Under the pieces are notes generated by a model. It did not search any database. It was not told the DNA's origin and worked only from the letters and a program-made list of their open reading frames with translations. A stretch of 59,521 bases of DNA, filler included, from Thelocarpon superellum (Eukaryota): NCBI GenBank assembly GCA_026025795.1. It is 3 parts of 3 records of this genome, joined end to end, with 100 filler letters (N's around TTAATTAATTAA, not from the genome) between each part and the next. Parts side by side here need not be neighbours in the genome. Positions count along the whole stretch, not along the records: positions 19,902 to 39,680 come from JAPEUG010000340.1; positions 39,781 to 59,521 come from JAPEUG010000341.1; 1 more part is not named here. The stretch is one strand, 5' to 3'. Every line of letters begins with the position of its first letter. Positions within the stretch are counted from its first letter, which is position 1. The translations under genes and the position numbers were made by a program. Positions 36,475 to 49,016 of the stretch are shown piece by piece.

Positions 36475-39325
36475 ATGGCGCCCCAACGGGATACGTTGTT
36501 CCGCTCGGCGGACATGTCCCTGACCCAGCTGTACATCGCCACCGAGATTGGCCGTGAGGTTGTCAGTGCCTTGGGCGAGATCGGCGAGGTGCAGTTCCGA
36601 GATGTGAGTGGTCGTGGGCCGGCCGCCCCATTTCCATCGGCATCCGTGCGTGTGCGCTGACCCTCGTCTCGACAGCTCAACGCCGACACCACGGCCTTTC
36701 AGCGCACCTTCACCAAGGAGATCCGGCGACTCGACAATGTCGAGCGGCAGTTGCGTAGGTGACGGCAGCGTCTTGTCCACCATGACCCCGAGCTGACCCC
36801 GGATAGGGTACTTTTCCTCGCAGATTGAGAAAGCGTCCATCCCTCTCCGCTCCGTGCACGCCGCCGCCGATGTCTTCGCCGCCCCGTCCGCCTCGGAGAT
36901 TGACGAGCTGGCCGACCGCAGCGAGGGCTTGGAGCAACGCGTCAGCTCGCTCAACGAGAGCTACGAGACCCTGAAGAAGCGCGAGGTCGAATTGACCGAG
37001 TGGCGATGGGTCCTACGAGAGGCCGGCGGCTTCTTCGATCGCGTGAGTGGCCGGGTGCATGGGCACGGGGGAGACGACCGTCCACTGACCGGCGCGCGAC
37101 AGGCACATGGCCATACCGATGAGATCCGACACTCGGACGACGAGAATGACGAGGCGCCGCTGCTGCAAGATGTCGAGCAGCACGTGCCCGGACAGAATGG
37201 CGAGGTCCAGTCCTTCTCCGTCATGAACATTGGCTTCGTCGCCGGCGTCATCCCGCGCGATCGCATCGCCGCGTTTGAACGCATCCTCTGGCGCACGTTG
37301 CGCGGCAATCTCTACATGAACCAGTCCGAGATCCCCGAGTCGCTGACCGACCCCACGACCAACGAACCCGTCAGCAAGAACGTCTTTGTCATCTTCGCTC
37401 ATGGCAAGGAGATCCTGGCCAAGATCCGCAAGATCTCCGAGTCGCTGGGCGCCGACCTGTACAGCGTGGACGAGAACAGCGACCTCCGCCGCGATCAGAT
37501 CCACGAGGTCAACGCGCGCCTGGGCGATCTCTCGAGCGTGCTGCAGAACACCAAGCGCACCTTGGACGCCGAGCTGACGCAGATCTCGCGCAGCCTGCAG
37601 GCCTGGACCATCATCGTCAAGAAGGAAAAGGCCGTGTACGAGACGCTCAACCGCTTGTCCTACGACCAGGCCCGGAAGACGTTGATCGCCGAGGCCTGGT
37701 GCCCCACCAACGCCCTCCCCCTCATCAAGTCCACCCTGCACGACGTCACCGATCGCGCCGGCCTCTCCGTGCCCTCCATCGTCAACGAGCTCCGCACGTC
37801 CAAGACGCCGCCGACGTTTGTGCGGACCAACAAGTTTACCGAGGGCTTCCAGACCATCATCAACGCCTACGGCACCGCCAAATACCAAGAGGTGAACCCG
37901 GGCCTCCCCACCATCGTCACCTTTCCCTTTCTGTTCGCCGTCATGTTCGGCGACCTGGGGCACGGCTTCATCATGACTTTGGCCGCGCTGGCCATGATCT
38001 CTTTTGAGCGTACCCTCTCCAAGCGCAAGCTCGACGAGATCTTCTCCATGGCCTTCTACGGCCGATACATCATGCTGATGATGGGCGTCTTCTCCATGTA
38101 TACGGGGCTCATCTACAACGACGCCTTCTCCAAGCCCCTGACGCTGTTCCCCAGCCAGTGGGAGTGGCCGTCGGACTTTCAGGAGGGCCAGACGGTGGAC
38201 GCCAGCCTCAACACCAAGGGCTATCGATATCCCTTTGGTCTGGACTGGGGCTGGCATGGGACGGAGAACGATCTGCTGTTCTCCAACAGCTACAAGATGA
38301 AGCTCAGTATCCTGATGGGCTGGGCGCACGTATGACGCCCCCGCCCGTGCGGTGAAGACCGATGCTGACCCGCGCCAGATGACGTACTCGCTCTGTCTGT
38401 CGTACATCAACGCCCGGCACTTCAAATCGCCCATCGACATCTGGGGCAACTTTGTGCCGGGCATGGTCTTCTTCCAGTCCATCTTTGGCTATCTCGTCTT
38501 CACCATCATCTTCAAGTGGTGCTTCGACTGGCCTGCCCTCGGCCAGGAGGCGCCGGGCCTGCTGAACATGCTCATCTACATGTTCCTGTCGCCAGGCAAG
38601 GTGGAGCAGCCGCTCTACCCGGGCCAGAGCGTGCTCCAGGTGCTCTTATTGCTCGTCGCCCTGGCGTGCGTGCCCGTCCTGCTGCTCCTCAAGCCCCTGT
38701 ACCTGCGCTGGGAGCACAATCGGGCGCGGGCCCTGGGCTATCGTGGCATCGGCGAGAGCACGCGGGTTAGCGCGCTGGATGGGGATGAGGACGAGGAGCA
38801 CGCGGGCATGAATGGCGCGCGGGACAGCTTCGGCAGCGACGGCGACGTGGCCATGATCACGCAGAACCTAGGGGAGGAGGAGCATGAGGAGTTTGAGTTC
38901 TCCGAGGTCATGATCCACCAGGTCATTCACACCATCGAGTTCTGCCTCAACTGCGTCTCGCACACGGCCTCCTACCTCCGCCTGTGGGCGCTCTCGCTGG
39001 CGCATCAGCAGCTGTCCATCGTGCTGTGGACCATGACCATCGGCATCGCCTTTAAGCAGACGGGCTGGCTGGCGGTGGTGATGATCGTGTGTCTCTTCTA
39101 CCTCTGGTTCTTTCTCACCATCGCCATCCTGTGCGTCATGGAGGGCACCAGCGCCATGTTGCACAGTCTCCGCCTGCACTGGGTGGAGGCGATGAGCAAG
39201 CATTTCATGGGAGACGGGGTACGTGTCGCGCCATCCTTGAGGGGAGCCATCACTGACAGGCCTAGATTCCCTTTGAGCCCTTTAGCTTCAAGGTGTTGTT
39301 GGAGGAGGATGTCTTGGAGGGATGA
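36475..39325 (+). CDS. VPH1: V-type ATPase V0 subunit a
   Basis: [92 protein letters not shown]. Five GT-AG introns; last exon 39266-39325. Confidence 0.96.
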
Positions 39326-39326
39326 T

Positions 39327-39468
39327 CAGGAGGACCAGAAGGCCAGGAGGACCAGAAGGCCAGGAGGACCAGAAGGCCAGGAGGACCAGAAGGCCGGGAG
39401 GACCAGGAGGACCAGGAGGACCAGGAGGACCAGAAGGCCAGGAGGACCAGGAGGACCAGGAGGACCAG
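39327..39468. repeat. Compound minisatellite of caggaggac (9 bp) and cagaaggc (8 bp) units in the VPH1 3' flank
   Basis: Read directly; starts 2 nt after the VPH1 stop. Confidence 0.9.
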
Positions 39469-39680
39469 TGGGGAATCGTGACCCTCGCTGCTGTACCAAG
39501 TAGTGTACGATGCATCACAGAAATGTAGATATGGCGCTATGTGCACCAGGGGTGGTGGATTAGAAGATCTGATCGAGCACGCATCTCTCATTTCGTATGC
39601 TCGTCACAGTAACGTATCCCCACCCGTCTTCGGGAGCCTTACATCCAAGGGCCTCGGCAAGGCGACGACGCTCCCGCCCG

Positions 39681-39780
39681 NNNNNNNNNNNNNNNNNNNN
39701 NNNNNNNNNNNNNNNNNNNNNNNNTTAATTAATTAANNNNNNNNNNNNNNNNNNNNNNNNNNNNNNNNNNNNNNNNNNNN
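39681..39780. other. Artificial contig spacer N44-TTAATTAATTAA-N44
   Basis: Identical to the spacer at 19802-19901. Confidence 0.97.
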
Positions 39781-39954
39781 GACAGCATCTCCTTCAAATC
39801 GTCCGTCATACTTTTTCCGTCTAAGGTGACATCAGTGGCATGCTCATGACGAAGCATGGTCCCTCGGCGCAGGCCGTTCTCCGCCCTACAAATCAACTCC
39901 GGTCCGATCCCACGCTTGGATTCGCTCGCAGTAGGTAGAAGATGGGTAGATCTA

Positions 39955-42549
39955 TCAGAACAATCCCAGAATATCCTCATGATTCTGCTTGGGCCCCGTC
40001 GCCGTCGCAAGCTGCTGGCTGGCCGGCGGCGGGGGGGTCGAGCCGTTGGTGAGGTTCAGTCCTCCGAAGCCATTCATCACATCCATCGCGCCCGGCCCCG
40101 CGCTACCTCCCTCGCTACCAAAGACGCCCATGAGGTCGTTGAGACCTTGACCGTGCGTCGCGGCCGAGGATAAGGCGGGCGACTCCACCCGCTGCGGCGT
40201 CCCTGCTAATCCTTCCAGCCCCGACGACCCCGCCGCCGGCGCCTTTTGCGCTGACGCCGGTGCCGCGCCGTCGAAGTCGAAGTCCAGTAGGTTTTCCGCG
40301 TTCGTCTGCGTCGGCGCCGGCCCACCTGACGCCGCGGCGGCCGCCGCCGCCGCGGCGATGGGGTTGTCTCGCGCATTTTGCATTTGCTCCCTGTCGCGCC
40401 ACGTTAGCTCGTGACCGAATTGCAGGAGGCATGGTGAAATGATGACAGCGGACGAGAGAGAAAGAAGAGTAACGCACTCAATCGCACGCTGCTGCACTAC
40501 GTCGGCCCCGTGCTTGCCCTGTCCGATGAAGGTCTCCGACGGCTTGTGGTAGACCGAGGCCAGCGTCGAAAGCTCCGTCAGTAGTTGGTCGAGGAGGACG
40601 GGCGGAAGCGATTGGATCGTCGTCGTAATCGCTGGTTTCGAGGAGAGCACAATGTTCTGCGAGCGTCAGTCAATCGTGGTGCCAGCGGAGAAGCCGGAGC
40701 GCGGACCTTGGTGATTTGTGGATCGCTGGAGAGCAGTCGCCAGTAGACGTATGCCCGATCGCGGATGTCCGGGTTGTCATTCTCCGCCGTGGCGATCTGC
40801 AGCACCTTCTGCACCAACGCTTGGGATTGATTAGGCTTCTTGAGGAACAGCTTGATCACCGCCGTCAAGATCTGCAGCTGCGTCTGCGTGAATTCCTCCA
40901 TGAAGCCCTCGACAAAGCCCGCCAGGATCTCATCGGCGTTGTTGATCTTCTCCGCGTACTCGCCCACGATCCAGATCAACGACCCGCGCGCGTTCGGCTC
41001 GTCGAGCTCGTCGATGCATTGGCACAACGTCGGGATGATGCCTTCGTAGCCGGGATACTTGCGGAAGATGTCCTTGATCACCACGATCGCTTCCTGCACC
41101 ACGTAGTTGACCTTGGTCGCGATCAGGTCGAGCAGCGCGTTGACGCATCGCTCGCTCGCGCTCTCAATCTTGATGGCCGCCTGACCGATGGCCTTGACCG
41201 CGCGCCGCACGAAGTCCATGTCCACCTCGAGCGCGTACTCCTTCAGCTCCGCCAGCAGCTGGTCCACGTTCTTGTCGTTGACGATCCGCACCATGATCTC
41301 CAGCTTCTGCAGCTTGACGTACGGTGGGTCGTTATACTTGCAGAAGAAGACGCGCAGCTCCTTGCTAAGGATGTCCGGCTGCTTCTGCAACAGCAGATCG
41401 ATGTTACGCAACGCGACATATTGCACTTCGGGGGCCGAGGAGACCAGCGTCACTGTGCCTGTTAGCCCATCCCTCCGCCACGGGCCCATGCACACGTACC
41501 GAGCGGTGGAGCCATCTTGCGGAGATACTGTCGGTTTACGTCCGGACTGATGTGCCGCATGTGGAGGAAGACGACCTTCACCGCGGCCAAGACGACGGAC
41601 GGGTTGACGTGCTGGAACTGCGGCGACACGCGCTCGCAGATGTGCTCGGCTTCTTTGACATCGACGGCGCGGTAGTCGGCCAGGGTGGAGAGGATGGTGA
41701 CCCGCCCCCACTCGGTGCACTCGTTCAGCGCCATGAGCATCTTCTTGAGCGTCGTCGGCGTGATGAGCAGCGCCTTCGTCTCCGGTGCCGTCTCGGAGAT
41801 CTCGGCCAACGCGGTGACGGCGTTGGCAACGACCATGGGATTTGGGTCGCCAATCATCTCTTGCAGCGACTCGAGAAAGCCATTTTCCAAGCACATGGCC
41901 GGATTGAGATCGAACAGCTTGGCCACGCAGATGGCCGCCGTCTTGCGCACGTACGGCGACTCGTCGCGAAGCGTCTTGCGCAGCGGTTCCTCCATGTAAT
42001 CGACCATCTTGTCTACCCGGATACAGCCCATGGTCCGGATGGCGAGGGCACGCACCAGGGGATTGGGATCTTCCGAGTCTTGGACGAAGGTGTTGACGGC
42101 GAGAATGCACAGATCGGGGTGTGATTTGGCGTAATTCCTACCATCGTCGTCATCACTCACGGCCCTCCAGCGGCACCCATGGGCGGCCGGACTCACATGA
42201 GATAGAGGTAGACGAGCTTCTTCTGGTCGAGGTCGGCGGTGGCGATGTTCTTGAGCACGTCCGGGAACAGGGCCGAGACATCTTTACCCAGGGTCATGGA
42301 CATGATGGTCTTTTGGATGGATTCCTTTCTGCCATCGTCTCAGCTTCGGTCCTGGGTCATTCGTCATTCGGGCCAGCATGGTGGACACTCATACCGTTCC
42401 CAAGCATATTGAGAGCTGCGCACACCATCCATGGTCAGCAACGCCACACGTCTGGGAGCGAGGGATGCTCACACCAGACCCGCCCGCAGCTCAAACGTCT
42501 CGCCCTTCCTCGGGACGGCAAAGGCCCCTCGGATGCGATTGACAGCCAT
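39955..42549 (-). CDS. APL2: AP-1 adaptor complex beta subunit (beta-1 adaptin)
   Basis: [26 protein letters not shown], 21-nt microexon 42415-42395, [73 protein letters not shown]; ends EDILGLF. Confidence 0.93.
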
Positions 42550-42992
42550 CTCTCCTACGCACCCGAGCACGTCGGACTTGGTGGTGTCTGGCTCATGCGG
42601 TAGTTGTGGGCGACGGTGCCGAAGCGACGCTGGGGTGCACGTCGATCCGCTCGAGCGGTTCCACGGTCACGATCGAGAGGCCTTTGAAGAATCACCGAAA
42701 GCGGCCGTCGACGGCCAGGGACGTGCAGATCGGCGCGCTCGAGAGAATCGGGACGCTACGGAATATTTAGAACGTGGGGAATGTCTGATGATACGGAGGT
42801 GATGATACGGAGGACGACGGTACCGCCGTCCTCCGTACTCGTACTTGTGGGCCACCAAGCCTCTGGTCTCTCTCGCTTCTCAAGAGTTCCGACTACAGCA
42901 TCTCGTCCGGTCCATCCCCACCTCGCTGCGTGCTTCTGCTTCCCACCTCTCGAGCCCGAGGCGACGCTGTCTCTGGTTCCTCCTTGTTCATC

Positions 42993-43269
42993 ATGGTAGG
43001 TCTTCTGCTTAGAATCTCATGGCAAAGCGGACCTCTTACACTCTTTGACAGGCGTCGAATCTGCCGAATCTGAGGCGACTCTTTGTCGAGGCCCGGACGG
43101 ACGCCGAAGAGAGCGCCTACTCTCGCACCGCAGTAGGGTGAGCCGGCCGCAGGGTGATGCACCGCTGACATCGACGCAGTTCTACAATCTCGTTCTCTTC
43201 GTGTCGTCCGTGGCGGCCTTTAGCCTCATGGCCCAACGAATGAGCGGGAGCAAAGCGCTGGTGGGATGA
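42993..43269 (+). CDS. 57-aa single-TM microprotein, three coding exons
   Basis: ATG 42993-42995 | intron 42996-43051 | 43052-43132 | intron 43133-43179 (CTGAC branch) | 43180-43269 gives MASNLPNLRRLFVEARTDAEESAYSRTAFYNLVLFVSSVAAFSLMAQRMSGSKALVG*. Confidence 0.75.
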
Positions 43270-43318
43270 GGCTCTCCCCCTCTAGTGTCTACAGGTCAGG
43301 CACACGGCCAGACCTGGC

Positions 43319-44445
43319 TCAGTCCGTCTCCTCGCCATCGTCTCCGAGGAAGTCCAGCTCCTGTAGTCCACGAGCGAGCCTTCGATGCGGTCGCGGCTTC
43401 TCTGCCGCCGCATCATCATCGTCCTCGTCCTCGTCGTCCCCCGCCTCGCCCCATCGTTGGTTGGAAGCCTGGATGGCAGCCACTTCGGCCTGCAATTCCC
43501 GTTCCTCCTTGATCTTCCGGGCCTTTTCGACGGAAAAGCGACCTTCAATACCGACATCCTTTAACATGTCCTTCAGATGCTTGATCTTGGAGGCAGGGGT
43601 GGAACAGGCGGCCAGCTCTCGGTGCCACAGCTTCCGCACGCCGCACTTCAACAACCAGGACTGGAGGCGTTTGATCTCGGCCTCCTGTGGCTCCAGCACG
43701 GGCGCGTCTTTCTTGGACGACGCCGTGGCTGTTAAGGACTTCTTGGCTGGCCCTGACGTGGTCGCTTTCACGCTGCGTCGCCGTGGAGCGTTAGGCTTTT
43801 TGGGAGCGTCATCATCCATCAGGATGGACAGCTCGCTATCAGATGAGGTGTCTCGGGCTAGCGGTAGCGGCGGCGGCGCCACTCGTGAGGGTTCAGAACG
43901 GCTCCCAGCGTCTGTCGTTCCATGCTTGGGCGGCTTCTTCGAAGGCCGGCCCATCGATGTGATGACGGGGGGTGGGTCTACGCTCTCCGCGTCCACGTCC
44001 TCGTCCGAAAGGACCTCTATCTTCCGACGCTTTCGGCTGTGGTCCACACTCTGCTTGCCACGCTGCGCCAGTGATGCCCGCCCTGGCGCGGGAAGCTCGG
44101 TGCGAGGCGCCGTACCCTCTGGCGCCTTAGACGGCGATTTAGGAGCGTCGGCGGTAGCGAATGCCCCCTCCTATAGATGTCCCATGATTAGTCGAGGCGC
44201 GCCAATTTGAAGGACTACCATACTATGATTTCTTTGCTCTTGACTTTCCACTCGCCATGCTCCTTGAAGTAGCCATGGGGAAGACGCAGCTTGTCTTCGA
44301 CTGCCGTTCGTACTTGCTTGATGGTCAGGTTCTCCCCACCGCCAGCACGAAAGAGCTCGCGCACCGTCTCCTGAAGACTGTGCGTCACGGTGGAAGTGGA
44401 GGGCAATGGCCGCGTCGGCGAACCCTCCGAATCGGCGTTGCTCAT
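43319..44445 (-). CDS. HIRIP3/CHZ-like histone-chaperone-type protein with N-terminal DEK_C-like domain
   Basis: Exons 44445-44224 and 44170-43319. N-terminal ENLTIKQVRTAVEDKL; C-terminal EIKRLQSWLLKCGVRKLWHREL...HLKDML.DVGIEGRFSVEKARKIKEERELQAE. Confidence 0.75.
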
Positions 44446-45518
44446 TTTGCAAGCCCTCGACAGGTGGAGGTGCAGCGCATGGAAGGGTAGTCGAGGACGC
44501 GTTGAGACCCCAACGTATCACGCACTGAAGGGAGCTTTAGACCACCAAAGATCACTCATGACTGGAGGAAGATCAATCTCAATTGCTGCCACGGTCCAAG
44601 CGCTGCATCGCTGGCGCACAACATGGGCAATCCTGTTGCCAGTGGAGAAGGTCGAGCCGTGGACAGCCTGGTCTTCCGTACAACAGCACCGCTCCACTGT
44701 CGTCCTCCGTACTGCTACACTAGGGGCCGGACGGCGCCTCTGAGGGTCTTCTCCTGCTGCTGACCCCGCATTGCGCTACGCGTCTACTGGCCTCCCACTC
44801 AAGCATGTTTCCGTGGTGAAGTTCAAGATTTACTAGAGCTTAGTCTGTGCCAATGAAAGAAAAGTACTGGTACGACGTACCTGAACACGGATCGCATGGT
44901 TCAGGTCCCTCCCTACTGGATAGGTACGAAGTACCACTACTCGTGCATTTACTCCGTGCCCACAGACACACGTCCGCACCCAAGGTCCACCAGCGGAGAG
45001 GATGCTTGGCAAGTCGGAGCGGGGTAGCTATGCCGAGCGTTGGGCATTTGCCCGGCTCATGCCACCAATCACATACCAGCCTTTGGCACCATCTGCGCCT
45101 GTGTCGTGCCAGGAAATCAGGGGTCTTGGGAAGCTTAAACCTGGAACTGACTCGCCAGCTGCAAGCCTGTAACGCACTGCGTGGCTATTGCGCTTGCCGA
45201 CGTGCAGCTGCTGCAGGCCCGATCATTCGCTGTCTTCCGTAGATCCTGTTGTCCGGCGGAGTAGCGCCAGCCGGTTCGCGACGTTATTTTCAACGTCATC
45301 GGCCCATAATTCCTCGTCTCTGCTCTCCGCCCCAACATGCTCCCGGGCGGCCGCATCCGCCACCATCTGCACTGCCCTCGTGCCGGTCCAGTCGTCGTAC
45401 GGGAGTACATGCTGGATGCTAGTGAGGGATTTCTGTCCGACCGCTGAGCTACTACTTTACCTCTGCTTGCCGCGGCCCAAGGTCTTGCGGAATCTCGCTG
45501 ACCTACCGACCCGCCATC

Positions 45519-47200
45519 ATGCCTGCGGCCCAAGGTTCCGCGTCGTCGGAGGCCAAGCCCGAATCGCGCCTCCTCTTGGTATCCAACCGCTTGCCCATCA
45601 CGATCAAGCGGTCGGACGATGGCAAGTATGACTTCTCCATGTCCTCCGGTGGACTGGTGAGCGGATTGAGCGGCCTCAAGAAGTCCACCACCTTTCAGTG
45701 GTACGGCTGGCCGGGGCAGGAGGTGCCGGAGGATGAGGTGTCCATGGTGGAGAAGCGGCTGAAGGACGAGTACAATGCGGTACCCATCTTCATCGATGAC
45801 GAGCTGGCGGACCGACACTACAATGGCTTTTCTAGTGGGTGGATCAACGGCACGCGCAACGAGACGTTGCTGACCCGGTGCAGATTCCATCCTCTGGCCG
45901 CTCTTCCACTATCACCCGGGCGAGATCACGTTCGACGAGTCGGCGTGGGAAGCGTACCAAGAAGCCAACCGTCTCTTCGCCAAGGCGGTGGCCAAGGACG
46001 TCAACGACGGCGACCTGGTGTGGATCCACGACTACCATCTGATGCTTCTCCCCGCCATGCTGCGGGAAGAGATTGGATCGAGCAAGAAGAACGTCAAGTT
46101 TGGCTTCTTCTTGCATACCCCTTTCCCGAGCAGCGAGATCTACCGCATCTTACCCGTGCGCAACGAGGTGCTGCTGGGTGTGCTTCATTGTGACCTCATT
46201 GGCTTCCACACCTATGACTATGCCCGACATTTCCTGAGCAGCTGCTCTCGAATCCTGTAGGTTGAGATGGTCTTTGCGAGTCGTCTCTTGCTGACGTGGA
46301 GACAGTGGTCTCACGACGACACCAAACGGGGTGGAGTTCCAAGGCAAGGTCGTCACGGTCGGAGCCTTTCCTATCGGCATCGACCCGGACAACTTCACCG
46401 AGGGACTGAAGAAGCCCAAGGTGCAGGAGCGGATCGCATCGCTGGAGCGAAAGTTCCAAGGCGTCAAGCTCATGGTGGGGGTGGATCGACTCGATTACAT
46501 CAAGGGGGTGCCACAGAAGCTGCATGCGCTAGAGGTCTTCTTGACGGAACATCCCGAATGGGTGGGCAAGGTGGTGTTGGTGCAAGTGGCGGTGCCCAGT
46601 CGACAGGATGTGGAAGAGTACCAGAACCTGCGGGCGGTGGTCAATGAATTGGTGGGCCGGATCAATGGGAAGTTCGGTAGGTCGGCTGGCGAAGCAGGGA
46701 GACGACGGGTTTGCTAATCAGGACAGGGACGATTGAGTTCATGCCGATCCACTTCATGCACAAGTCAGTGTCCTTTGACGAGCTCCTCGCCTTGTATGCC
46801 GTGTCGGACGCATGTCTGGTCTCGTCGACTAGGGACGGCATGAACCTCGTGGCGTTCGAGTACATTGCGACGCAGAAGAAACGGCACGGTGTGATGGTGT
46901 TGTCGGAGTTTGCGGGGGCGGCGCAGAGCCTGAACGGGAGTCTGATCATCAATCCGTGGAATCCCGACGAGCTGGCCAATGCGATCCATGAGGCGGTGAC
47001 AATGCCAGATGAACAACGCGCGATCAACTACCAGAAGTTGGAACGATATGTGACGAAATACACGAGGTATGAACGAGTGAGAAGGAGATGGAGACTGGAG
47101 ACTAATGAGTAATAGTGCCTTCTGGGGCGAGTCGTTTGTGGCCGAGTTGGTTCGAATCTCAGCACAAGCAGAGAAGAAGATTCGGGCGTCGGAGGCGTAG
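45519..47200 (+). CDS. TPS1: Alpha,alpha-trehalose-phosphate synthase (GT20)
   Basis: LLLVSNRLP, SSGGLVS, HYNGFS, LWPLFHY, WIHDYHLMLLP, FFLHTPFPSSEIYR, GVDRLDYIKG, STRDGMNLV, LSEFAGAAQSL. Four introns; TAG at 47198-47200. Confidence 0.97.
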
Positions 47201-47949
47201 ATTCACCTCGGGAGGAAGTGCATACGGGGATGAATGACCTGTGAAGGTCGCAGCACACGAGACAGACGCAGATATGCAAACACGGAGACCCGGTAGAACT
47301 ACGGAGAGACACATCGAGGGAGAGCATCTGCGACGGCGTTGCGTGAGATGAGATATCAAGGTACTGGTGTTATCCACGTCTGGGTGAAGGTCATTTTCTG
47401 CAGCCCACATGTACGAGGGGAAAACGACATCAAATGATCAGGTTGTTCACTGTGGTACAAGCAGGAGTTTTTCCTATGCTGGGGCATGTAGATGATACGG
47501 TGCAGTCCGGTATTCTTGCTCGGATGGAACTCTGAGAAAGCAGGAGTGCCATCCGAGGATGGCTGCGAGGACGAGTACTCGGACGCGACCCCTGGAACCG
47601 ATCGGCACAGACCAATCAACTCTCGTTGGCGTACCGCAGCTACGGCAGATCCCGAGCAACGCAACCACTATGTTAACTTGTGTTATTTTAGACTAGCAGC
47701 TCGATTCTGCTGAACTTGGGAACCCAGAAAGAGCCTCAGACAGTGTTAGCTCGGCAATCTCGACGTCTCCTCCCTCTCCCTCACCCTACCCTTTCTTCTG
47801 ACTCTTCCATCTGCACGAATTGACATCACCATCACCACCAGCCGAAGAAGACAAAGAAGAACGAAGACGACAACAAAAAGTACCCAAGGCAAAGAGAAAC
47901 GCAAACGGGAAAGAGAATGATCCTGCGAAGACCGCCGCCAACAAGCACG

Positions 47950-48731
47950 ATGCTCCATCATCGTCATCCACCGCTCGGCTCATCGATCGGGTGTCGTCGT
48001 CGCCTACTCCACTCTCCTCTCCTTTCTCCGTCGCAACAGGCACGGTCACGGTCACAGTCATTGTCGCCATCGCTGTCGCTGTCGCTGTCCAAGTCGATAC
48101 CACGACGACTGCTGTCACGATCACAAGCGGCTCTCCTTCCTCTTCTCCCTCCCCCTCCTCCTCCTCCTCCTTTTCCGTCTTCTGCTCCGTCTCCTCGGCT
48201 CGTCACGTCAAGAGTGGCAGGATCGTCGCAGAACCGACTCTTCTCCACCTCTACCTCCGCCTGTTCCACACCCGTCACCTCCGCCGCAACAACAGATGCA
48301 ACCACGTCTACCACGACCGCCACCGCCACCGCCACCGCCACCAGGAGCAGCGACAAGAACAGCCAAAGCGCCAGAACCGGCCCGCGCAGCCTGATTGGGC
48401 GCGTCCTACCCGGCGCACACGGCCCCAAAACGATCCGCGTTTCCATCCCATCATCCCACACGGACGCCGTCATACGGAAGAAATACCACGCCCTCCGCGC
48501 CGTTCTGGCGCACGATGCGCGCGGGACGCTGCGCGAAGGCGACGTCGTGCGTGTGCGCGCAGGACATAGGGTCGCGAAGAACGTGCGATATGTCGTCCAG
48601 GAGCTCGTCGCGCCTTTTGGGCGCGACGTGGATGTCCGTGAGCGGGTCTGGTACGATGAGGAGGGAGAGGGAGCGGCCCGAGGGGAGAAGAAAGTGGGCA
48701 AGAGAAAGTCCAAAGTCCTGGAGCGGCTCTC

Positions 48732-48778
<47 letters not shown>

Positions 48779-48831
48779 CTTCCTCCTCTACTACTCCCCC
48801 TTCCTCTTCTACTATCCCTCCTCCGATGTAA
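47950..48831 (+). CDS. Mitochondrial ribosomal protein uS17 family with long low-complexity N-terminus
   Basis: LIGRVL.G...KTIRV...IRKKY....VLAHD....LREGDVVRV...HRVAKNVRYVVQELVAPFG matches S17. Start ambiguous (47917 or 47950). A (GCT)n poly-Ala tract lies at about 48736-48777. Confidence 0.8.
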
Positions 48832-49016
48832 CGGAGTCAGCAGGAGATGATTCTACTCGCTGTACTAGTCACTGTGTTACCACCCCTATGAGAAAGGACT
48901 CCGTACGCTCCGCTTCGTTTCATTCATTGTAATGACGGGTCGTGCCGCTTCCACTGGTAACGATACTGGTAACGATACTGGTGGGAGGACGAGTGGTCAG
49001 GGTCCGCCCCCTGCCC

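Noticed and set aside
39288..39518. Collagen-like GPPGPPGPP translation on the minus strand
   Set aside because: A by-product of the non-coding 9/8-bp minisatellite; the 8-bp units break the frame.
47148..47160. GGTTCGAATC T-loop-like motif (also GGTTCGAGCCC near 11429)
   Set aside because: The first lies in the last TPS1 coding exon; neither sits in a cloverleaf.
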